DNA of 34,993 nt. Source: a virus. Lineage: Duplodnaviria; Caudoviricetes. The notes under the pieces were generated by a model. The model did not search any database, was not told the DNA's origin, and was given only the letters and a program-made list of their open reading frames with translations. This document shows, piece by piece, positions 7,068-14,546 of this stretch. Location of the stretch: the IMG/VR virus record IMGVR_UViG_3300020045_007174, positions 1 to 34,993 of that record; one strand, 5' to 3'. A program made the position numbers and the translations under genes. Positions within the stretch are counted from its first letter, which is position 1. The number at the start of each line of letters is the position of its first letter.

Positions 7068-8442
7068 TCCAGCATTACGTACATTTTGGCAGCAGCGAGC
7101 CAGAAACAGAATATTGCATGGCGGTCGTGCCAGCTCAAAAAGTCACGAAGCAGCGGGAAAAGTAATTGATATTGCGGCAAATTGCCGCGTTCGTGTGCTA
7201 TGCGTTCGCCAGTTCCAAAACAAAATAGCCGATTCGATTTACACGCTTTTAAAAGCTAAAATTGAGCAATTCGGCTATGAGCATCTATTCAAAATTACCG
7301 ATAATTCAATAATTTGCTTAACTACTAAAAGCGAATTTATGTTTTACGGTCTCGCTAGAAACATCACAGAGATTAAATCGCTAGAGGGTATCGATATTCT
7401 TTTAAGCGAGGAATCGCACCTGCTCACAGAGGAGCAATGGGACATCTTAGAGCCAACGATACGAAAGGAATCAAGCGAATGCTGGTTGCTCTTTAACGCC
7501 CGTTTTGCAACTGATTTTATCTGGAAACGATTTGTAGTAAATCCACCACCTAACACGATAATCAGACACATAAATTATGATGAAAATCCGTTTTTATCTA
7601 AGACCATGCTGGATATTATTGAGGCGGCAAAGATTGAGGATTACGATAGGTACACGCATATCTATGAAGGACAGCCGTTAAATGATGACGATGAAGCGGT
7701 AATAAAACGCTCATGGATTATGGCGGCGATTGACGCACACATTAAGCTAAACATCGATGTGTCAGGACGCAAGCGAATAGGTTTTGACGTAGCAGATAGT
7801 GGCGAGGATGAATGCGCAACGGTCGCTACTTATGGATCACTAACAACAAAAGTAACAAAGTGGAAAGCTAAAGAGGACGAGCTTTTACAGTCATGTACCA
7901 AGGTCTGGACGATGGCGAATGAGGACGAATCATTAATCTTTTATGATGCAATTGGCGTAGGCGCATCATGTGGAGCAAAGTTTAAAGAGATAAATGAGAT
8001 CAGGAAATCAGACATAAAGCACAAAAAGTTCTTTGCAGGTGGTGGTGTCGATAATCCAGACGCTTTTTGTAAGGGGACAACGGTAACAAACCGAGATTAT
8101 TTTGCTAACATCAAAAGCCAAAAGTGGTGGGACGTGGCAAAAAGGCTAGAGAATACTTACAACGCTGCGATAAAGGGACAGGCATTTAAAGACGATGAAA
8201 TGATTTTTATTGATGGCAATATTAGTCATTTAGAACAGCTTGTTGAGGAGCTATCTACTCCAAAGAAATCATTTGATAATGCGGGTCGGGTTATGGTTGA
8301 AAGCAAAAAAGATTTAAAGAAACGGGGTATTGCAAGTCCAAATATTGCCGACGCATTTATAATGGGGCATTTGGTGCCATTTGAACGACCCACGCCACCA
8401 CAGCACACACACAAAGGACACGCAACATCATGGCAAAGCTAG
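7054..8442 (+). CDS. terL: Terminase large subunit (PBSX/Sf6-like)
   Basis: Walker A GGRASSKS, Walker B LLSEE, PTIRK, nuclease motifs GFDVAD and SPNIADAF. Confidence 0.95.
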   Translation: MALLNPALRTFWQQRARNRILHGGRASSKSHEAAGKVIDIAANCRVRVLCVRQFQNKIADSIYTLLKAKIEQFGYEHLFKITDNSIICLTTKSEFMFYGLARNITEIKSLEGIDILLSEESHLLTEEQWDILEPTIRKESSECWLLFNARFATDFIWKRFVVNPPPNTIIRHINYDENPFLSKTMLDIIEAAKIEDYDRYTHIYEGQPLNDDDEAVIKRSWIMAAIDAHIKLNIDVSGRKRIGFDVADSGEDECATVATYGSLTTKVTKWKAKEDELLQSCTKVWTMANEDESLIFYDAIGVGASCGAKFKEINEIRKSDIKHKKFFAGGGVDNPDAFCKGTTVTNRDYFANIKSQKWWDVAKRLENTYNAAIKGQAFKDDEMIFIDGNISHLEQLVEELSTPKKSFDNAGRVMVESKKDLKKRGIASPNIADAFIMGHLVPFERPTPPQHTHKGHATSWQS

Positions 8443-8735
8443 AAGATTCGCTAAAACAACTATTATCGCAAATGAATACTCGCCTATCTGAGTTAGAAGA
8501 CGATCAAAAGCACATTCCAAGTATTGCCCTATCTGCAAGAATTAACGAGTTAACAATGTGCGTTGTTGGTGTTAAAACAATATTGGACGGTGCGAATAAC
8601 AACACCGAAGATCTTGGCGACGAACGTAGAGCAGAGTTAAAGCGACTCTATCCAGACACTTTAACGATCGAAGAATGCAATAGAAAGATGCTAATAGACA
8701 TACTAACCGAGCAAGGTTTAAAAAATGACAACTAA
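8430..8735 (+). CDS. Hypothetical protein between TerL and portal
   Basis: AAGGA RBS; 101 aa; overlaps both neighbours. Confidence 0.7.
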   Translation: MAKLEDSLKQLLSQMNTRLSELEDDQKHIPSIALSARINELTMCVVGVKTILDGANNNTEDLGDERRAELKRLYPDTLTIEECNRKMLIDILTEQGLKNDN

Positions 8736-10887
8736 AGACAAGGTTGACGGCGACAAAGACGAAAAACTAATTGCACGCGCCAAACAACGCTTCACAGACT
8801 CGATGAGCGAGGAAGCGACGCAACGCGAGGAAATGTCACGAGATACTAAATTCGTTAAACTGGGGGGAGTGCATCAGTGGGATGATGCGGCGGTTCAGTC
8901 ACGGCAAATGTCAGGGCAGGAGCGACCAATACTTACTATCAATAGACTATCAGCGTTTATTTTTCAGGTAGTGAATGAGATCAGGCAAAACCGTCCTGCT
9001 ATCAAAATACGCCCATGCGATGACTATGCCGACACTGAGACAGCCGAGATTTTCCAAGGTGTAATTCGCAACATTGAAAGTCAATCAAATGCAGGTATCG
9101 CTTACGAAACCGCAGCCGACGCAATGGTTACTCAGGGGCTAGGGTATTTTCGCATTATCCCGCAATACATCACGAATGACGCATGGGAGCAAGAGCTGGT
9201 TATTAAGCGCGTACCCGATATTTCTAAGGTGGTTTTTGACCCTAATAGTTCAGAACCAGACGGATCTGATTCACGGTGGGGCGGCATCATGGAAGAAATA
9301 CCGCGTGATGACTTTGACGAGCAGTACCCTGAAGAATCACAAGGTTGGGTTGCTTCGGGCGCAACTGATAGCGAATGGACCAATAAAAAAGTGGTTCGTA
9401 TTTTTGAATACTTTGAAAAGAAAGAAACGCCTGAAAAAATCCATGTTTTAACCGATGGTCGTGTTATTTGGGATAGTGAGCTAAAAGAAGGCGACGTTAT
9501 CAAAGATAGTCGCAAGTCATCAAAAACTAGCGTGATGTGGTACAAATTAGGTGCTGATTGTATTCTTGAAAGCACCGAGCTACCCATTACCTCAATTCCG
9601 ATTATCCCGTGCATTGGCAACGAAGTATGGACCGATGGCAAGCGAACTATTTACGGCTTAACACGTCATGGTAAAAGCCCGCAACAACTTTACAATTATC
9701 AGTCGAGCTGTGAAGCCGAGTACTTAGCTCTATCGCCACTAAGTCCTTTTATGGCAAGCGTTGAAGCGGTACAGGGCTATAGTGATGACTACGCAGTAGC
9801 AAATCGCTCACCCAAAAGTGTACTATTTTACAATGCTTATGATGAAGATGGTAGGGCATTACCAAAGCCCGAACGCCAACAGCCAGCACAAGTACCAACA
9901 GGCATAGTTAATGCAAAAGCAGCGGCTATCGATGACATCAAAAGCTCACTTGGCATCTATGACGCAACGTTGGGTAATAACCCCAGTGACCAAAGCGGAA
10001 AGGCGGTACTGTCACTACAACGGCAAGCCTCACAAGGCACGTTTCACTATTCCGCAAATATGGCGCGTAGCATTAGACAAGCTGGGCGCATTCTTGTCGA
10101 ATGGATACCAAAAGTCTACGATACAGCCAGAATAATGCGCATCATTGGCGAAGATGACGAGATTGACCATGTTAAAATTGACCCTGAATTGCAGGGCGCG
10201 AAAGGAGAAATAGAAAATGAACGCGGTGAAATACAGAAAATATACAATCTTTCAGTTGGTCGTTACGATGTTTATGCAGATGTGGGAGCTAGTTACGCAA
10301 CAAAGCGACAAGAATCAGCCGAATCGATGATGCAATTGGTACAATCGTATCCAGATATTATGCCCATTGCAGGTGACTTGATTGTAAAAATGCTCGATTG
10401 GGCAGGCAGTGATGCAATCAGTGAGCGCATGAAAAAGATGTTGCCTCCTCCACTTCAAGAGCCAGAGAAAGGGCAACAAGCTCCAGATCCAGCGGCACAA
10501 CAAGCCGAGCAGCAAATGGGACAAATGGCTGACCAAATGGAACACATGAGCCAAGAAATTGCACGGCTTAGTGATGACAAAGACCTTAAAATGATGGAGC
10601 TCGATATTAAACGGTACGATGCAGAGACTAAGCGCATTAAAACCATTGCTGATATTGAAGCTGGGACTCCAGAGGGTATTGAACCAACCACGCTTGAAAT
10701 TGAAGCGCACGCTAACCAAATGATGAACGATGAACACGCCCGTGAGCTTGCGATTAAGCAAGAAATACACAGACAGCACATGGATTTAAATCCACCACAA
10801 CAAACGCCGCAGGAATCGCCACAGGGTGAAGCGGTAGAACCAGTACAAGAACCGATAGCCATTGAACAAGCAGAACCTATGCAATAA
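8725..10887 (+). CDS. P22 gp1-like portal protein
   Basis: 720 aa; QWD...RPILTINRL, SGKAV..LQRQ, GRYDV..DVG.SYATKRQE; C-terminal helical barrel-like region. Confidence 0.95.
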   Translation: MTTKDKVDGDKDEKLIARAKQRFTDSMSEEATQREEMSRDTKFVKLGGVHQWDDAAVQSRQMSGQERPILTINRLSAFIFQVVNEIRQNRPAIKIRPCDDYADTETAEIFQGVIRNIESQSNAGIAYETAADAMVTQGLGYFRIIPQYITNDAWEQELVIKRVPDISKVVFDPNSSEPDGSDSRWGGIMEEIPRDDFDEQYPEESQGWVASGATDSEWTNKKVVRIFEYFEKKETPEKIHVLTDGRVIWDSELKEGDVIKDSRKSSKTSVMWYKLGADCILESTELPITSIPIIPCIGNEVWTDGKRTIYGLTRHGKSPQQLYNYQSSCEAEYLALSPLSPFMASVEAVQGYSDDYAVANRSPKSVLFYNAYDEDGRALPKPERQQPAQVPTGIVNAKAAAIDDIKSSLGIYDATLGNNPSDQSGKAVLSLQRQASQGTFHYSANMARSIRQAGRILVEWIPKVYDTARIMRIIGEDDEIDHVKIDPELQGAKGEIENERGEIQKIYNLSVGRYDVYADVGASYATKRQESAESMMQLVQSYPDIMPIAGDLIVKMLDWAGSDAISERMKKMLPPPLQEPEKGQQAPDPAAQQAEQQMGQMADQMEHMSQEIARLSDDKDLKMMELDIKRYDAETKRIKTIADIEAGTPEGIEPTTLEIEAHANQMMNDEHARELAIKQEIHRQHMDLNPPQQTPQESPQGEAVEPVQEPIAIEQAEPMQ

Positions 10888-10970
10888 CCCTGATTTTATC
10901 GAAGCCGTTGAACACGCATATTTTTTAGGTGTACTAACTAAAAAACAATATTATGATTTGTTGAAAGGTG

Positions 10971-11042
10971 TATAATTATTTTGTCACGGTATTCAACAAG
11001 AGCGGCTCTAAGTGGTTAGAAGTTTTGCGGTTGTTTCGTGAC
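10971..11042 (+). ncRNA. TATAAT box followed by a long imperfect hairpin (first element of an RNA cluster)
   Basis: TATAAT 10971-10976; GTCACGG 10983-10989 / TCGTGAC 11036-11042 with inner AACAA/TTGTT and CTAA/TTAG. Confidence 0.4.
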
Positions 11043-11058
11043 TTGCTTAAATTAAGAA

Positions 11059-11140
11059 GCGTGTGTATATGACGGGGGCTTGATGGAAGCCCGACTAACA
11101 CCAGTGGGTATAGCACATAAAAACTACTGCACACGCACCA
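11059..11140 (+). ncRNA. tRNA-like RNA with acceptor stem and encoded CCA
   Basis: GCGTGTG/CACACGC 7-bp stem plus ACCA; internal GGGCTT/AAGCCC and CAGTGG/CTACTG stems; no canonical D- or T-loop. Confidence 0.55.
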
Positions 11141-11165
11141 TCCTTAGATTTTTGTTTGTAATAAT

Positions 11166-11259
11166 TGTGATGTAGCGTAGAAATACGGTAAAAGCCAATA
11201 AGTATTGATTGGTGATATAGGGCGGGAACCCTACGCAGGTTTAAATCCTGTCATCACGA
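11166..11259 (+). ncRNA. Degenerate tRNA or tRNA-like RNA with long variable arm
   Basis: Acceptor TGTGATG/CATCACG; T-arm GCAGG-TTTAAAT-CCTGT; CCAAT/ATTGG arm with 8-nt loop; TAGGG/CCCTA variable arm; no CCA; no assignable anticodon. Confidence 0.55.
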
Positions 11260-11266
11260 GTAATAA

Positions 11267-11352
11267 ATGACGGTGCAACGTCATAACAATTTTTATCAAA
11301 CCCGCTATATTTCTCATTGTTGCACCCGATGAGCGATGTATGCGGGTTTTTT
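11267..11352 (+). terminator. Hairpin plus terminator with complementary loops
   Basis: ATGACG/CGTCAT hairpin; AAACCCGC/GCGGGTTT stem plus T-run; GGTGCAAC versus GTTGCACC. Confidence 0.6.
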
Positions 11353-11360
11353 ATTGGGGA

Positions 11361-11531
11361 ATGGAAGTGGAAGAATTACATAATCTTTGGCAAGATAAAG
11401 AATATATGGACATGGTAGAGGAATTACCGCTAGAGCCTTATTTGGCTTTAACTAATGAGCAGTTTGAAATAGAAGAATCGCACAGGGCAACACTTTTAAA
11501 AAGCAGTGAAGAATTTGAGGCAATGCTATGA
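11361..11531 (+). CDS. Small acidic hypothetical protein
   Basis: 56 aa from ATG 11361; 16 D/E against 3 K/R; ATGA overlap with the next ORF. Confidence 0.55.
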   Translation: MEVEELHNLWQDKEYMDMVEELPLEPYLALTNEQFEIEESHRATLLKSSEEFEAML

Positions 11532-11692
11532 GAACAATATTTTTCTGCGCTTTTTTATATATTGCTCAGATTTCATGTTTAATTGTGAGTGTAAGTATTG
11601 GAGACATTAGAACAAAAAAACAATTCATTTTTTGGCTTAACCCGCTAGCATTATTATTTTATGTGATAACAAAATTTAAGGAAATGGAATAA
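11528..11692 (+). CDS. Small membrane protein (54 aa, not in ORF track)
   Basis: GAGG RBS; MRTIFFCAFLYIAQISCLIVSV...FIFWLNPLALLFYVI; TAATG coupling to the next ORF. Confidence 0.55.
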   Translation: MRTIFFCAFLYIAQISCLIVSVSIGDIRTKKQFIFWLNPLALLFYVITKFKEME

Positions 11693-11937
11693 TGAAAACA
11701 ATACTACTAATCGGCTTACTGCTATCAAGTACAGTAAACGCAGAAGAACCTCATTACTCGTGGGACGAGCCACAACAACGCAGCGACCAACACAACTACG
11801 CACTTGATGACTTAGAGCGATACAACGAGCAAGCACGGGAACGCAGACAAGCACAGCGAGACTATGACCAGCGCGAACGGCAATACCAACAGCAACAAAT
11901 GCAAATGCAGCAATTACTTAATGAATTTAGACGATGA
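11692..11937 (+). CDS. Putative secreted/periplasmic Gln-rich protein
   Basis: Signal-peptide-like MKTILLIGLLLSSTVNA|EE; Q/R/E-rich helix. Confidence 0.65.
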   Translation: MKTILLIGLLLSSTVNAEEPHYSWDEPQQRSDQHNYALDDLERYNEQARERRQAQRDYDQRERQYQQQQMQMQQLLNEFRR

Positions 11938-12113
11938 TAGCACTGTCCTGTCCGAACTTACGCAGTGAAATGGATGATAAGCAATTTGATGATTATCATC
12001 TTTTTTTAAAGCAAATAAAGCTTGAGATGAAAGAAGAAAGAAGAAGGCGGGATATTTTACAGCATGAGAGAGATCAAAAATTTAATGAATGGCTTAATGA
12101 GTTGAGACGATGA
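11934..12113 (+). CDS. Small charged hypothetical protein (59 aa, not in ORF track)
   Basis: MIALSCPNLRSEMDDKQF...EWLNELRR*; ATGA overlaps at both ends. Confidence 0.5.
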   Translation: MIALSCPNLRSEMDDKQFDDYHLFLKQIKLEMKEERRRRDILQHERDQKFNEWLNELRR

Positions 12114-12499
12114 CCGAGCAATGGACAATAGCAGCGAACCATTTATTTATTGAAATAAATAAACCCGATTTACCACAAACAAACTATTTGCCGCCTTATG
12201 GCTACCCGCGCAAATGCAAGTTAATCAAGGATAAATCAGAAGATGGAGATCCGCAGTTTGTGCATGACCAGCAAATAGAAGTCAATGGCGAAACGCTAAT
12301 CACTTGCAAGGAGTTTTTATTCAGCACAGAGCAAGAAGCGCATGATTATTTACGGCAAATACTAAGACCAATGAGCCAAGACATTAACAGCACAGTAGCT
12401 CGGTTGATTGCAATATTGGATTATATCCGTATGCCAACAATGTACACTGAACAAGATGAAACGCCGATTAGTCACGATCACACAAAGGTAAACAAATGA
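12110..12499 (+). CDS. Hypothetical protein
   Basis: 129-aa ORF coupled to both neighbours. Confidence 0.65.
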   Translation: MTEQWTIAANHLFIEINKPDLPQTNYLPPYGYPRKCKLIKDKSEDGDPQFVHDQQIEVNGETLITCKEFLFSTEQEAHDYLRQILRPMSQDINSTVARLIAILDYIRMPTMYTEQDETPISHDHTKVNK

Positions 12500-12744
12500 C
12501 TGAAGAAATTAAATTCACGCCACCAACACACATAGTATTAACGCTGTTTGACGACAGACCAATAGTATGCCCCGTCAATTACTGTATTTTTAGAGGGGCT
12601 ACGATTAAAGGCAGTTATGTTTTATTTAATGATAAAGAAATATCGGTAAAAGAGTCGATTAATGAAATAACGGCGATAATTAACGCTCCGTATAATGCAG
12701 CAATGATACCAGAAGCACACCACCCAGACGAGGATTTAGGATGA
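12496..12744 (+). CDS. FlbD-like small protein
   Basis: IVLTLFDDRPIV...ISVKESINEI resembles the FlbD pattern. Confidence 0.5.
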   Translation: MTEEIKFTPPTHIVLTLFDDRPIVCPVNYCIFRGATIKGSYVLFNDKEISVKESINEITAIINAPYNAAMIPEAHHPDEDLG

Positions 12745-13592
12745 CCGAACAAACAGCAGAACAATCAACACCAGAGCCACGCTACGCAATTTTAAGTAAC
12801 GAAGCACCAGTGGAGGCGGCAGAAGTTGAGCATATACCAGCAGGCGAAGAAGCGGCAGCGGTTGAATCAGAGCCAGAAGTTGAAAGCGAGGTTGAGCAAA
12901 CGCCAGAGGTACGCAAGAAAGACGCACAGTCACGCATTCGGGAGCTTGCTAATAAAGCACGGGCGGCAGAAGAACGAGCGCAAGCAGCAGAAGCAGCACT
13001 CGCAGCGAGAGCTAATCCACCGCCTGATAAGCCTAACCAAAAAGATTATGTGGGTGGTCGTTATAATGACGATTATCAAGATGATTTAGACGCATGGCGA
13101 GACGCACAGACAGAACAGCGTATCAGTCAGGCGTTAGTGCAAGCCGAGCGAGACAAAGCCGTAAACTCACAAAAGTCAGTGATCGCAGAGCGTGAAGCAG
13201 AATTTAAATCTGTTACGCCAGACTATGAAGAAATGATAGCCAATGCTTTGCCGTTGTTCGATGACCCAGTGACTAACAGCGCAATTACTGAGATTGAAAA
13301 TATCACAGAAATAGCCTACGCCATCGGAAAAGACCCTGAGTTACTGGCACAATTTGAACGCATGACCCCAAGTCAACGTCTTGTGAAAATGGGTATGATG
13401 GCGGCACAAAGCGGCACATCCCCCGCTCAAAAACCCGTAAAAATCAGCCAAGCGGCAAAGCCAATTACACCGGTGTCAGGCGGCAAAACTGTATTGTCAG
13501 GTCAAGCGGCAATTGAGGCGGCACTTAAGCATAATGCTAACGGTCATATTGATTATGACGCTTATAAAGCGGCGGTTAGGGCGGCGAAATGA
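12741..13592 (+). CDS. Scaffolding protein
   Basis: Acidic N-terminus, QSRIREL coiled coil, EIAYAIGKDPE, ISQAAKPITPV, C-terminal DYDAYKAAVR; lies between portal and coat. Confidence 0.85.
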   Translation: MTEQTAEQSTPEPRYAILSNEAPVEAAEVEHIPAGEEAAAVESEPEVESEVEQTPEVRKKDAQSRIRELANKARAAEERAQAAEAALAARANPPPDKPNQKDYVGGRYNDDYQDDLDAWRDAQTEQRISQALVQAERDKAVNSQKSVIAEREAEFKSVTPDYEEMIANALPLFDDPVTNSAITEIENITEIAYAIGKDPELLAQFERMTPSQRLVKMGMMAAQSGTSPAQKPVKISQAAKPITPVSGGKTVLSGQAAIEAALKHNANGHIDYDAYKAAVRAAK

Positions 13593-14389
13593 GCCAGCGC
13601 ATAACAACTGCTATGATGGCGTTAGAATGCTTGTCCGAACTTGGCAACCAAATTAATCTAAAAATTAACAAGGAGTGCGATGAGCCGGATGTTGGTGTTA
13701 ATAAGCATATATTTGTCGCGCTGAACTTTGATGGCTATGACCTAGAGAAATCAACATTTCAATCTATAAAGGATGGTGTTATTAATCCGGCAATAAAAAA
13801 ACTTGTTGAAATTATTAGCGATGATTACCTGCAACTTAGAAAAGACAATCCAGAAAGTGATTTCGCTATTTGCTTTAAAACCCCACTTATGCCAGATGGA
13901 TTAAGCGGGAACGTTGCATCTTCAAAATCCGCCGGTTTATCTGTTCGCGTAGCAACGCAGTATCTTTGTAAAGACGATATGATTATTCATAGAGTCGATG
14001 TTATTTATGAGTTTAAGAGGGCGGTAATGACAACAGCAACAGTTGAAAAGATTATAGCGGTTTACCCTGTGCATCATGAAGAATGGTCATGTGATGTATT
14101 ATGCACGGATGGGATTATCCGCAAAATAGAATACGCTAGATTAGATGAAAACGGGCATATGATAGAAGACGATGTTATCAAGCAAGGCTATCAATTCGAG
14201 TACGAAAGCGAATTACCGCCACATTTATGCCAGCCAGACTATAAGACAGCCTATGAAACAATTGATAAATTTTTAATTGAAAGCGAGGATGTGTTGCTGG
14301 GTAATATTATGAAGGCATTGAAAGGGCGCATTAACCCAGAAGTGGCTCGTAATATTATTAGACAACGATTACTTATTGACAAAAGCTAA
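13589..14389 (+). CDS. Truncated coat-protein paralogue fused to an unknown region with a GatB/YqeY-like tail
   Basis: Residues 1-142 align in three colinear blocks to the downstream coat protein; C-terminus LLGNIMKALKGRINPEVARNIIRQRL. Confidence 0.75.
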   Translation: MSQRITTAMMALECLSELGNQINLKINKECDEPDVGVNKHIFVALNFDGYDLEKSTFQSIKDGVINPAIKKLVEIISDDYLQLRKDNPESDFAICFKTPLMPDGLSGNVASSKSAGLSVRVATQYLCKDDMIIHRVDVIYEFKRAVMTTATVEKIIAVYPVHHEEWSCDVLCTDGIIRKIEYARLDENGHMIEDDVIKQGYQFEYESELPPHLCQPDYKTAYETIDKFLIESEDVLLGNIMKALKGRINPEVARNIIRQRLLIDKS

Positions 14390-14404
14390 TAAGTAAAGTA
14401 GATT
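14376..14404 (+). promoter_or_regulatory. Candidate coat-gene promoter
   Basis: TTGACA 14376-14381, 17-bp spacer, TAGATT 14399-14404. Confidence 0.55.
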
Positions 14405-14413
14405 ATTCGAAAC

Positions 14414-14437
14414 AGTGTTATGTTATAACATAACACT
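14414..14437. repeat. Perfect 24-bp palindrome (operator or hairpin)
   Basis: AGTGTTATGTTA-TAACATAACACT. Confidence 0.85.
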
Positions 14438-14546
14438 CGAAGCCTAACGTAACAGGCACTGCCTTACCATCAAACACAGTAAAAAAGCGTTAATCGGTTT
14501 CGCTCCCCGTCTGGAAAATTAACTTTTTTCAATAGGGAGCAGCCAA

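Noticed and set aside
9132-10862. Antisense and alternate-frame ORFs within the portal gene (likewise within coat, ejection and fibre genes)
   Set aside because: They are shadows of strongly supported genes and have no recognisable motifs.
10862-10975. 37-codon ORF overlapping the portal stop
   Set aside because: It has a TTG start with no clear RBS and is too short to support.
11059-11259. Calling these standard tRNA genes
   Set aside because: There is no 7-nt anticodon loop with U33 and no canonical D-arm; reported as tRNA-like instead.
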